DNA from: Bacteroidota bacterium
GTDB lineage: Bacteria; Bacteroidota; Bacteroidia; 2-12-FULL-35-15
Length of the DNA stretch: 64,000 bases
Direction of reading: 5' to 3'
NCBI GenBank assembly: GCA_021323165.1
Contig: JAJTCJ010000017.1
Coordinates: 8,645 to 72,644, forward strand
Part shown: positions 1 to 10,500 of the stretch, in pieces
Numbering within the stretch: position 1 is the first letter of the stretch
Layout: every line of letters begins with the position of its first letter
Made by a program: the position numbers and the translations under genes
Notes under the pieces: generated by a model
The model's database searches: none
Seen by the model: only the letters and a program-made list of their open reading frames with translations
What the model was told of the DNA's origin: nothing

Positions 1-229
1 AAGACCTGCCGCCATCATTTCCATCAGAATTCTTTATTGAACCAGATCGCTGATTAGCTCTTGGCCAGTCGGATCCATTTTCCATTCTTAGATCATCTTC
101 ATCCTCACCCATATCAGTATTTTTACTGTTCGTTTTTTGTTTGCGTCCCAGCTGGTCTTTACCATTTCGTTTAAGGCTGGAACTGCCTGTCTTTGGCGAT
201 TGTGTGGCTTTGTCGGATTTGTTTTTCAT
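1..229 (-). CDS. Hypothetical low-complexity hydrophilic protein, partial (runs off window start)
   Basis: ATG at 229 after an AT-rich leader; open frame MKNKSDKATQSPKTGSSSLKRNGKDQ...DMGEDEDDLR... to position 1; not in the ORF track. Confidence 0.5.
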   Translation of the reverse strand, partial: MKNKSDKATQSPKTGSSSLKRNGKDQLGRKQKTNSKNTDMGEDEDDLRMENGSDWPRANQRSGSIKNSDGNDGGRS

Positions 230-445
230 GTTGTAATATTTATGAATTAATATAAATTGAAATACTATCGTTATTCCACTAATATTTTATGCCAAAGGCC
301 GATTTTTTGCCGGAGAAGGTTATTTTTTTGATTTCAATTCTATAAATGAAGCTCTGATTAATCTTAAATAATAATTCATAAATAGAAATTTCCCGTTTGC
401 AGGTGGCATTCTTTTTAACTCTTTTATCATTAAAGATTTAAAAAA

Positions 446-1108
446 ATGAAACGTACGATTATTTACTCCCTGTTGCTAATGATTATACTGGCAGGCTGTG
501 CACCTACAACCTACATTACAGGATCATGGAAAAGTCCCACCGCAGCTGCCAAACAGTATAAGAGTATCCTTGTTGCTGCTTTTACCAATAATACAATTGC
601 GCGTTCAACACTGGAAAAGGACATGGCAGCAATTCTCTCTAAGAATGTAACTGTTCTGAAAAGTATAGATGAATTTCCTCCGACTATAAATAATACAGAT
701 TCGAGTAAAGCAGCAATTATTGATAAAATGAAAGGAAGGATAGATGCTATTCTTGCCATCTCTATTATCAGCCGTGAAACAGAAACGAGATATATACCGG
801 GAGAAAGACCTTATGATCCATTAAATTATATGTATTACAGTGATTTCTGGGGATATTATAATTATCGTTATCCAACTTTGTATCAACAGGGATATTATGA
901 ACAGAACAAAGTCTATTATATAGAAACCAATTTATACGATGCCGAAAATGAAAAACTGATCTGGTCTGCACAATCAAAAACATATAGTCCTGATGACCTT
1001 GAACCATTTTCAAAGGAATTTGCTGCAGTTATCGTAACGAAGATGCAGGAAGAGAAGATCATTTCAGGTTATCAGAAAAAGAAAGACACCGCTTTTGATG
1101 GATATTAA
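446..1108 (+). CDS. Lipoprotein, DUF4136-like
   Basis: Lipobox LAGC; Tyr/Trp-rich segment; C-terminal YIETNLYD..NEKLIWSAQS motif. Confidence 0.7.
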   Translation: MKRTIIYSLLLMIILAGCAPTTYITGSWKSPTAAAKQYKSILVAAFTNNTIARSTLEKDMAAILSKNVTVLKSIDEFPPTINNTDSSKAAIIDKMKGRIDAILAISIISRETETRYIPGERPYDPLNYMYYSDFWGYYNYRYPTLYQQGYYEQNKVYYIETNLYDAENEKLIWSAQSKTYSPDDLEPFSKEFAAVIVTKMQEEKIISGYQKKKDTAFDGY

Positions 1109-1123
1109 TACTATCTAATTTTC

Positions 1124-4123
1124 TTATTGCTTGATTATCTTTTCTGACCGGGTTTCATTGTCGGTCCTTATAATTATAATATAAATACCATTGGTATAAG
1201 AAGACATATCAATCACTTCTTTTGAAGAGATATTTCCAGATCTCACACACTCACCTAAAACATTATATATTTCCATAATAATATTTTTCGACTTTGAAGT
1301 CTCGGTTACGATGGTGATTAGATTCTGAGTAGGATTCGGAAATATTCTCATCATCTTTTGTTCTGCACCGGGAATATAATTTACTGATGTAACAAGCGGG
1401 ACTCCATCAGGATAAAAAGCATATAAACCAGTACCTCCGCCCTGATAAAGATCATTGTAACCTCCTGTATATACTACATTCTGCGAATTTACTTTAATAC
1501 TATTATAAGTAACACTGATCAGAGGAGAATTGGTAGAATCATATGCAGTAAAAGTGTTTCCATCAAACATGAATATTCCATTCTTATGTGCACACCAGAC
1601 ATTATTACTTGTATCAACATCCAATGCAGCTATTCCTTCTGCAGGAATTGCACTGTTGGTTGAATCAAAATATGTAAACCCTGAAGCAGAATACTTAAGC
1701 AAGCCTTTTCCTGTGGCCATCCAGGTATTGCCTGACTTATCATTGACTATTTCAGCGATACGTTGTCTTCCCCAGTGATACGGAATGCCATAATTTCCGC
1801 CTTCGTAATTAACCCATGCTGAACCATTGAAGACGTTAACACCGGAATCCAAAGTTCCTACCCAGATCTCGTCTGTGATATCATTGTAAGCTACACTGAT
1901 AGGAATTGCACCTTTAAAACCCGGAGTATTTAACCTGTTATACTGCGCAAAAGTGCTTCCATTAAACTTATGCACTGAAAGATTCGAAGCTATCCACTTG
2001 TTATTAGCTGAATCTACAGCAATATCCTTGGCCGGATTTGGAGTGCTGTAAAATGTATTGGGTCCGGGATTGAATTCAATTAATCCTGATTGAAATCCTC
2101 CATAAAGCTTATTGGAATTGTCTGTCTTTACAGAATAAACTTCTAATCCTCCGGAACCACCGGTTGTATCAAACACCCAGGTGTTGTTTGTTTTTAAGGT
2201 AGAGATATCACTTCTTGTACCTATTACAACATCATCGTTAGAATGAATATCAATATCAGTAACGTAATTGTAATTTAACTGAAGGTCACTTGTACCTGTA
2301 TATGTCCCCCAGAATTGCCTGTCATAAGTTGTAACCCCAATTCTTGTAGCTATCCAGATAAGGTTGTTCTTATCCAGATCAATACGATTCACATAATTAT
2401 TATTTAAACTCGCGGTTGTATTATAATGATCCCAAACCGCACCTCCGTTTAATCGTGAAATCCCCAATGCTGTAGGAGATGTGGTATAGCTTATCCAAAT
2501 ATTATCCTGCTTATCACAACGAACCTGCATTACTTCATTCTTCTTAATGGTGGAATTTGAAATAGAATAATTAGTCGCTGTTGTTCCGGATAATTTACTG
2601 ATACCGTCATAAGCCCAGCCTATCCATAAGTTTGCAGCTGAATCCGTTGACAAAGAACGCACGTAGCTGTTTGGCAAGGAAGTGTTGGCATAGTTATAAA
2701 TTTGCCATGTGCTGCCGGTATATTTTGCAACTTTATCTGCACATCCTGCCCATAACATTCCATTTTTATCTGTCGTAACCGCTCCAACGATAGAAGAAGT
2801 AAAACCGATAGTCGCTGATGGAGTATTTGTGAAAACACCGGAATTGTATGCAGATAATCCTGCACCATGACCTAAATACATAGTATTGGTTGGTTTGTGA
2901 CAACAGATATCGTAAATGAAATTATTAGGCAAAGTTGAATTAGATGTGCCGAGTAATGTAAAAGTAGATCCGTTGTAAATAAGTAAACCAAAATTTGTCC
3001 CTACATACAATAGACCATTGGTATCTGTCGCCATGGAAAGCATATTCAGTGAAGCCGGCAGATTAGAATTAGATGTGGTTATATTCGTAATATTATCAGA
3101 ACCATCCATCTTTGAGATTCCATAAGGATTTCCGGTTGTACAATATCCCATCCACTTTACACTGTTCTTTTCATCTACACAAAATGCATCTGCCCTGCTT
3201 GATAAAAATGTATATGGTGGATTTAAATAGGTAAAGAAGCCTGCTCCTTTTTCTTTGTGCAAGGTATTGATTGAACTCATCCACACAAAATCCGAAACTG
3301 AATCCAATACAATTTTATACATATAAATGCTGTTCAGAAAAGTGCGTGCTGTGTTTTTATACAACATTACAAATCCTCCTCCTGTAGCGAGGCAAGGAAT
3401 ATCCTGACTGTTAACAACAAGCGAATTGACCTGGATAACATTACTGATCCTTACCCATGAAGCACCGCCAGAATATTCAAATACACCATTCTGACCACCC
3501 ACTAATAAATTCCCGTTTGATTTTTTTGCAAATTCATGTGCCATCCCCGAAGCAAAATTCGCGTTGCTGATCTGCCATGTTGATCCGGTAAGTTTGTACA
3601 TACCGGTATAAGAAGCAATGAACATATCTCCGTTTGAATATTGAATGATATCTTCGATCGGGCCGCCTGCAGGAGAAGAGAACTGATCAAAAGTCGTCCA
3701 TGAAACTCCATCGAATTTATAAACCGTCTGTATTCCCCCTACCCACATATTATTCAAATTATCAAAGAAAATACTGCTGGCTGTGAATGGAACATTTGAA
3801 CCATAAGGCCCGTCCAAAGAAGTAAACTGATCATTTGAAATAGTTACGATACCACGGCCGGTAGCAATAAATAGCTGCCCGTTATTTTTTTTGATATCGT
3901 ACACTTTGTTGTGAGGGATAGTAGAATTCGCCTTATTAAATTCCTTTCTAACACCTGTTGAAATAATATATTTAATAAGACCGCCATCGGTACCAACCCA
4001 CATTGTATCATTATCTTTTAATAATGCATTTACATTTCTGTCATTGGTATAATTGATCCAGTTATTCTGAGAATAACCTATTATAGATATCAGAATAAAA
4101 CTAATTAAGGAAAGTTTTTTCAT
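1124..4123 (-). CDS. T9SS-secreted multi beta-propeller protein (two-component regulator propeller repeats, type A CTD)
   Basis: Signal peptide MKKLSLISF (start 4123; ORF extends to 4153); many S.LP.N.V..I..D..G..W.GT repeats; C-terminal IFPNP...NGIYII...KIIKQ. Confidence 0.85.
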   Translation of the reverse strand: MKKLSLISFILISIIGYSQNNWINYTNDRNVNALLKDNDTMWVGTDGGLIKYIISTGVRKEFNKANSTIPHNKVYDIKKNNGQLFIATGRGIVTISNDQFTSLDGPYGSNVPFTASSIFFDNLNNMWVGGIQTVYKFDGVSWTTFDQFSSPAGGPIEDIIQYSNGDMFIASYTGMYKLTGSTWQISNANFASGMAHEFAKKSNGNLLVGGQNGVFEYSGGASWVRISNVIQVNSLVVNSQDIPCLATGGGFVMLYKNTARTFLNSIYMYKIVLDSVSDFVWMSSINTLHKEKGAGFFTYLNPPYTFLSSRADAFCVDEKNSVKWMGYCTTGNPYGISKMDGSDNITNITTSNSNLPASLNMLSMATDTNGLLYVGTNFGLLIYNGSTFTLLGTSNSTLPNNFIYDICCHKPTNTMYLGHGAGLSAYNSGVFTNTPSATIGFTSSIVGAVTTDKNGMLWAGCADKVAKYTGSTWQIYNYANTSLPNSYVRSLSTDSAANLWIGWAYDGISKLSGTTATNYSISNSTIKKNEVMQVRCDKQDNIWISYTTSPTALGISRLNGGAVWDHYNTTASLNNNYVNRIDLDKNNLIWIATRIGVTTYDRQFWGTYTGTSDLQLNYNYVTDIDIHSNDDVVIGTRSDISTLKTNNTWVFDTTGGSGGLEVYSVKTDNSNKLYGGFQSGLIEFNPGPNTFYSTPNPAKDIAVDSANNKWIASNLSVHKFNGSTFAQYNRLNTPGFKGAIPISVAYNDITDEIWVGTLDSGVNVFNGSAWVNYEGGNYGIPYHWGRQRIAEIVNDKSGNTWMATGKGLLKYSASGFTYFDSTNSAIPAEGIAALDVDTSNNVWCAHKNGIFMFDGNTFTAYDSTNSPLISVTYNSIKVNSQNVVYTGGYNDLYQGGGTGLYAFYPDGVPLVTSVNYIPGAEQKMMRIFPNPTQNLITIVTETSKSKNIIMEIYNVLGECVRSGNISSKEVIDMSSYTNGIYIIIIRTDNETRSEKIIKQ

Positions 4124-4185
4124 GTTGAGGAATTTAAGTCTAAGATAGAACAATTATGAAAATACACAAGACTTAGAGGACTAAA

Positions 4186-5406
4186 CTAAAACAAGCTCAG
4201 CTGCTCATTTCCCGGAGGCTGTGCTTTTCCAAACACTGTTCTTCCACCGTACTTATATGATTCCGCTCTTTCTTTAGCGATCACTTTATCAAACGCATTT
4301 TCATCCGGCTCAAAGCTTTGTTCCATTAACTGAGAAACCATTGTAAGGTTTTTTATTGCCTGCTGTTTGTCAGTATTGCCAAGTTTTGCTTTTTGAATAG
4401 CGTTGTTCAAAAGCTCGATCGTTTCATCATAAGTATTGACAGGAACAGGAAAGGGATGACCGTCTTTTCCTCCATGTGCAAAAGAAAATCTTGCAGGATC
4501 CGAGAATCGTGATGGTGTTCCGTGGATCACTTCACTTACCAGAGCAAGAGATTGAATTGTACGAGGACCCACACCTTCCAGTAAAAGTAATGATTCAAAA
4601 TCCCGTAATTCTTTATCATGAGCTAAAGCCAGAACACTTCCAAGTCTCTTCAAGTTAACATCCTTCGCTCTTACATCATGATGTTTTGGCATTACGATCT
4701 TTTGTATTTCCGGCATCATTAAAACAGGATCTTCTTTAACAATTTCAAGCATTGCGGATTTTGTCTCAGCAGCCTGAATATCTGCAAGATTCAGGATCAC
4801 GCCCTGATTCTTTCCATAAATGGAAGTATGCGGATTCTCAACAAATGATTTGACCTGTTCAGAATGCCAGTGATATCTCCTTGCCATTCCGCTGGCATCA
4901 TTCATGCCCTGCTGAACTACAGCCCATTCTCCTTTGTCGGTGACAATAAATGTATGAAGATAGATCTGGAAACCATCCTGAATTGCAGTATTATCAACCT
5001 TTGCAGTTAATTTACTGGACCTTACCAGGTCGTTGCCGTTTAGACCTGTCCTTTCGCCAAAGGCAATAAGCTCGGAAGGTGTTTGTCGTGAATATTTTCC
5101 TTTTCCTCCGCAGATATAAATTCCGAGTTCTTTGTACTTCGGGTTAACCGCCCTTTTTAAGGCACCCATCACTGAAGTGGTTATTCCGGATGAATGCCAG
5201 TCCATGCCCATTACACAACCCAAAGACTGAAACCAGAAAGGGTCACTTAACCTGCTTAACACAGCTGACTTGCCATATTCAAGGACTATTGACTCAACGA
5301 TGGCACCTCCGAGCAAACTCATGCGTTCAGCAAGCCATGGGGGAACTTGGCCATAGTGAAGAGGCAGATCGGCAGTTCGCCTGTTATTAAAATACAGCTT
5401 GGGCAT
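4186..5406 (-). CDS. DUF763 family protein
   Basis: ADLPLHYG, DPFWFQSLGCVMGMDWHSSG, GGKG, QQGMN, FAHGGKDGHP motifs. Confidence 0.9.
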   Translation of the reverse strand: MPKLYFNNRRTADLPLHYGQVPPWLAERMSLLGGAIVESIVLEYGKSAVLSRLSDPFWFQSLGCVMGMDWHSSGITTSVMGALKRAVNPKYKELGIYICGGKGKYSRQTPSELIAFGERTGLNGNDLVRSSKLTAKVDNTAIQDGFQIYLHTFIVTDKGEWAVVQQGMNDASGMARRYHWHSEQVKSFVENPHTSIYGKNQGVILNLADIQAAETKSAMLEIVKEDPVLMMPEIQKIVMPKHHDVRAKDVNLKRLGSVLALAHDKELRDFESLLLLEGVGPRTIQSLALVSEVIHGTPSRFSDPARFSFAHGGKDGHPFPVPVNTYDETIELLNNAIQKAKLGNTDKQQAIKNLTMVSQLMEQSFEPDENAFDKVIAKERAESYKYGGRTVFGKAQPPGNEQLSLF

Positions 5407-5628
5407 AATCTTAAATTACAAAAAAAACACATTAGAATTTTCACATTTCGACCAAGTCAAAAGAATATTCTTTATATTCGTCCCTTGACTGTACGAGGCA
5501 AATCCAGTATAAGAGATAATTAAGTTAATACAACGAATTTGTTTAACAAACACAGATTCGTAATTCGTTAAGATTCGTTATCCGTACCTGGCACAGCCTT
5601 TTTAAATTGAATAATTAACCAATAATAT

Positions 5629-5934
5629 ATGATCATGAAAAATTCAGGATTAAAAACATTTTTTGCTGCCATTGCTGTTACAACGGCTTGTGTTCCGGAT
5701 GAAAACGGAGATAACATCGGAAATGATGAGATCACCGAAAACAGAAGTATGGGCAGCGATTGCAACCCAAACAATGTAATGTGGGACGGATATACTTCTC
5801 CTGAAGAAAGAGTTGGTGATGTACCATGTGCTGAAAAGTGTAACAATGGTGATAAGCATGATGCTCATGGTGAAGGCCATGACAAAGGACATGCTGAAGA
5901 ACCTAAAGAAGATGCAGGCCACGGACATCACTAG
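5629..5934 (+). CDS. Small His-rich lipoprotein
   Basis: Signal peptide ending TTAC; acidic body; His-rich tail HDAHGEGHDKGH...GHGHH. Confidence 0.65.
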   Translation: MIMKNSGLKTFFAAIAVTTACVPDENGDNIGNDEITENRSMGSDCNPNNVMWDGYTSPEERVGDVPCAEKCNNGDKHDAHGEGHDKGHAEEPKEDAGHGHH

Positions 5935-5952
5935 TCCTGAACATTAATATTT

Positions 5953-6081
5953 GCCGCAGATTTACAGATTAGAAAATTTTATTGTTTCGAATAAAAATCA
6001 ACAAATAAAATCCAATCTGCAGATCTGCGGCTATTTTTTCTACCTACAGCTTAAATCCTGATAATCTGTAAATCTGCAGCT
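5953..6081. repeat. CGCAGATT-type short inverted repeat cluster
   Basis: GCCGCAGATTTACAGATT (5953) with inverted copies AATCTGCAGATCTGCGGC (6014) and AATCTGTAAATCTGCAGC (6063); related copy at 7496. Confidence 0.7.
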
Positions 6082-6148
6082 ATAAACCTTTCTACTTCAC
6101 GGCAGCCAAGCTGCTATGAATTCTTAAACATCTCCCGCCCAAAATTGT

Positions 6149-6156
6149 TATCTTTG
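6149..6156 (+). promoter_or_regulatory. Bacteroidota primary-sigma -7 element for ribBA
   Basis: TATCTTTG matches TAnnTTTG, about 20 nt before the ATG. Confidence 0.7.
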
Positions 6157-6175
6157 TATCTCTAATAAATCAAAG

Positions 6176-7393
6176 ATGCAATCAGTATTAAATACCATTG
6201 AAGAAGCCATTGCCGACATTAAAGCAGGGAAAGTAATTATAGTTGTTGATGATGAAGGACGTGAGAACGAAGGCGATTTTTTAACCGCTGCACGTAACGT
6301 TACTCCTGAGGTGATCAATTTTATGGCGACTCACGGGCGCGGACTTATCTGCGCTGCAATCACTGAAGTGCGTTGTGAAGAGCTTGGCCTCGAAATGATG
6401 GTCAGCAATAATACAGCTGAACACAGCACTGCATTTACTGTTTCTGTTGATCTTCTCGGTTATGGATGTACTACAGGAATTTCTGCTTCTGACCGCTCCA
6501 AAACAATTCAGGCACTTATCAATCCTAATATTAAACCGGAAGAATTCGGTAAGCCGGGACATATATTTCCTTTAAAAGCAAAAAACGGTGGCGTTCTTCG
6601 CAGAGCAGGACATACTGAAGCAACGATAGATCTTGCACGTATAGCAGGTTTTGAGCCTGCAGGTGCGCTCGTGGAGATCATGAATGAAGATGGCACCATG
6701 GCTCGTTTGCCTCAGTTGCTTGAGATCGCTAAAAAACATGATCTTAAAATAATATCTATTGAAGATCTTATTGCTTACAGACTGAAGAACGAAAGTATAA
6801 TCACTAAAGATGTTCAGGTGAAAATGCCAACCGAATGGGGTAATTTTGAACTTGTTGCTTATCGCCAGACAACCAATGACCAGGAACATCTTGCATTAAT
6901 AAAAGGAACATGGGAAAAAGATGAACCGGTTTTGGTTCGTGTTCACTCATCTTGTTTAACAGGCGATATTTTTGGTTCATGCAGATGTGATTGCGGTCAT
7001 CAACTTCACCGCTCAATGGAAATGATTGAAAAAGCAGGCAAAGGTGTTATTGTATATATGAACCAGGAAGGCCGCGGAATAGGACTACTTAATAAATTAA
7101 AAGCATACAAACTCCAGGAAGAAGGCCGTGATACTGTAGAAGCGAATGAAGAGCTTGGATTTAAATCAGATGAGCGCGATTACGGAGTTGGAGCTCAGAT
7201 CATACGCGACCTTGGGATCACCAAAATAAAACTGATGAGTAATAATCCGAAAAAACGTGCGGGATTAATTGGTTACGGATTAGAGATAGTGGAAAATGTT
7301 GCTATTGAAATTCAATCGAATGAGCATAATAAATTTTATCTGCAAACAAAACGGGATAAGTTAGGGCATTCGATAAAGGTTGATCATAAGTAG
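6176..7393 (+). CDS. ribBA: Bifunctional DHBP synthase / GTP cyclohydrolase II
   Basis: [42 protein letters not shown] motifs. Confidence 0.97.
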   Translation: MQSVLNTIEEAIADIKAGKVIIVVDDEGRENEGDFLTAARNVTPEVINFMATHGRGLICAAITEVRCEELGLEMMVSNNTAEHSTAFTVSVDLLGYGCTTGISASDRSKTIQALINPNIKPEEFGKPGHIFPLKAKNGGVLRRAGHTEATIDLARIAGFEPAGALVEIMNEDGTMARLPQLLEIAKKHDLKIISIEDLIAYRLKNESIITKDVQVKMPTEWGNFELVAYRQTTNDQEHLALIKGTWEKDEPVLVRVHSSCLTGDIFGSCRCDCGHQLHRSMEMIEKAGKGVIVYMNQEGRGIGLLNKLKAYKLQEEGRDTVEANEELGFKSDERDYGVGAQIIRDLGITKIKLMSNNPKKRAGLIGYGLEIVENVAIEIQSNEHNKFYLQTKRDKLGHSIKVDHK

Positions 7394-7446
7394 GAGTCGG
7401 GAGAGCTTAGTTAATCAAGAGGTTAACCTAATTTCACTTTCGTAGC

Positions 7447-7560
7447 GTCATCCCGTGCTTGACACGGGTCTTCATTAATGCTTGCAGAATCTTAAGCCGC
7501 AGATTCGCAGATTCTATTTCTAAATATTTAGAGGCAGATTATCACTTCGCGATTTGATTA
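7447..7560. repeat. REP-like palindromes between convergent ribBA and tamB
   Basis: GTCATCCCGTGCTTGACACGGG hairpin (7447), GCCGCAGATTCGCAGATT (7496), ATCACTTCGCGATT (about 7541). Confidence 0.65.
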
Positions 7561-7570
7561 GTAATCTTCT

Positions 7571-10500
7571 TTAATTATCCTGAGGCAATGGATCTGTCTT
7601 CGTAGAATTCTGCTTGTTCTTTTTGCGTTCTCTCAGATTTCCTAAGTAACGTTTATATAATTGTCCGATCGTATCAAACTCCTCTCTGTATAAAACCCCT
7701 ACTCCCTGAGTGTACGGGCCTGCGGTATAGATCTGGTTATTATCGTTTGCCTTATTGAAAGCCTTGATCCTGAACTTCCCGTCATCAGTGATCTTATAAT
7801 CCACATTAACATCTCCTACAATGTTGTTTGTATTATTGGTAGTTGCATTGTTATTATTGTTCACACCGAGATTACCATCAATACTTAACCGGTCATCGAA
7901 AAGCTGGGTTGAAAGCGCGACACCAAGTTCTTCTTTACTGATCTCATCTCCCGGACGGTAATTAACACCAATATCAAAATCGTTACTGATCTTACTAAGC
8001 ATATTACTCAGCTGATTGGATAAAAGCTCACTGGTATTAGCATATGTCGCAGAAGCAACACCCGGACCTGTTCCGGCACCTGTTAATTGAGGTGGTGTCA
8101 CAAAGCTATTGAGGATCAGTAAAGAGAAAACCTGCCTGTTCATCTCCGCATCCGTATTGATATAACTCATGACCTGCTGACGAATACCGGCATCTACCGT
8201 AGGAATATTAATATCAAAATTAATTTCCGGAGACAAAAGATCATCCGTCATTGCAAGCTTCAGATCTACGGGATAGCGTCTCTTATAGGTGCTGGAAGAG
8301 TCCGTAGGGAAAAATGGTTTTAGAGAAGCACGGGCTTTATAAACCGCATTGATATTAACATCTGCTTTATAAGGAACTCCGCTCCATTTAATCACACTTC
8401 CTTTTTCTATATCGAATCTCTTATTAATAATATTCTGAAGCGTGAATAAATAATCTCCATTCTCTATCACATAATCACCATACATTTTAAACTCACCTCT
8501 TGAGCTGATCTGAAGCTTAATATTACCCTCTCCTCTTGCCTTGATAACATCACCCACCTTCTGATCAAAGATCAGCTGAACCTCTGCATCCGGAGTTACT
8601 TCCAGGTCAAAGTTCAAAGCAAGTCCGCCCAGTTTAACATTATAAATATTCTTATTAGTGGATACAGAATCCTTTTTAACGAAGGTGATAAAATTATTTT
8701 CACTTACTTCAGCAGGACCGGAAAGAGGAATAAAGAGTTTTGTTATTTCTGTTTTAGAAAGTAAAGAAACCTTGTCTGACTTATCATTCGAGGTGATCTT
8801 TTCGGTCTTCACATTAGCATCAATTCTTAATTCATCCTTCACAAAACCAAAGATGTTTATGATCCCAGTTACATAAGCTTTCCCGTAATACAGGTTATTC
8901 TCTGCCTCCGTGGTGTTGAGACACATAAACTTAGTTGCCCTGATATCATAATCCAGCTGAAAATCTTTGAAATTATCATGGTAAAGTTTTCCGGTGGCAA
9001 TAGCTTTATTATTATTGATATCATACAACACCATATCTTCTATGCCAAATGAATTATTCTCAATGATTATATCATGATTAAAATGATAGGAAGTATTCAG
9101 ATAACTTACAGTCACCTTTTTTGCATTCACGTTTAATTTCCCCGCAACCAAAGGCTTTTTAACGGAGCCCTTCAAAGTCATGGCCCCTGAAAACTGTCCT
9201 TTAAAGTCAGAACAATAATCCTGGATATAAGGTTCGAAAACTCTCATTTGTATTGCCTGAAGGTTCACTTCCATATCCAGATTCTCTTCCTGTCTTTTCG
9301 GATAATAATAGCCTGAAAATAAAATGTTAGGTATAATTCCTAAAGTAAATGTACCATGCAGATACAATGCTTCTTTAGCTTTATCCCATACACTTTCCAC
9401 ATCTCCATCACCAATCTGTTCATCATTCAGAAATAAGGAATTAAAAGTTGTATTGCTGGTGAAGATCATATTATTATAAGCATCCTGAACACGTGATTGC
9501 CCTGTCACTGTTCCTCTTAGTTTAAGTCCCAGAGGTCTGGTGATCACATTCAGATTAGCGAGATTAAAATTATTGAGGTCCAGCACAACCTGATCCTGCT
9601 TATTTTTGGATATTATGCCATTCACAGCAATTGATTGCTTATCATGTTCAAACATCAGATCGCGAATACTTATCCGTGAAGAATCAACGAGAACCTCATT
9701 GGTTTTACTTACATCCCATATAGAGTCTGAAATAACAAACACAGAAGGAAGTATCTTAAATTGTATCTGCTGATCAGAGTTGAAGCGTAAAAAAGCATTG
9801 AGATCTCCTTTATACAATTTCGTTTTCGCCTGATTATCCCATGTTACCTGGAGATTTACGCTATCATCAAGGGTGCTTGTATTTAATGAAAGATCAGTAA
9901 GCCATAAGCTGTCTGTCAGATAAAACCTATCTGAGGTCATTCTTACATCGAGTTCTTTGAACTTTGTTTCCGCATCAATATTCCAATTCTGTAATACATA
10001 TCCATATAATTCTAATCTTGAGGAATTGCCTTTTAATGACAAATCACTTAAAGAAGAATTATAATTTCCGGTGATAGAAGTTCTCGGAGCTATCTTTATT
10101 TCAGGCGCAAATAGTCTGGTAACTGCTTCAGTCATTTTGAAAAGAAAACTGTATTCAAAGATCTGCAGAGGATTGCTCTTGGATTTTGATTTTTTCACAT
10201 AAGCAGGTAAATAGTTATTCATCAGGTTTTGCAATGACGAAGGAAGCTCAAGAATCTTAAAGCTTCCTCTTATTCTTGCGTCACAAAAATCAGAGAATAG
10301 TTTAATCGATTTAACTCCATTCTCTTCCTCTGAAATAAGATTGAAAACACTAAGCTTATACACATCATCATTTTCTTTATAAACCGTGTTATCAAAATTG
10401 ATCTGTCCGATAAGGTTATCAATATTGTTTCCCGTAACATTAATGATCACCTGCGTTGAAAGATCTGTCTTCTTATCTGTTTTAACAAAATGCAATGCAC

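Noticed and set aside
280-420. TGGCA boxes near 294 (-), 404 (+), 5589 (+) and 61241 (-) as sigma-54 promoters
   Set aside because: The -24 half matches but GC is absent at the -12 position; too weak to call.
5953-6081. Repeat clusters here and at 56620-56912 as mini-CRISPR arrays
   Set aside because: The repeats are short, degenerate and inverted, with no regular spacers and no cas genes.
6081-6175. FMN riboswitch upstream of ribBA
   Set aside because: No RFN consensus is visible, and the -7 promoter element is only about 20 nt from the start codon.
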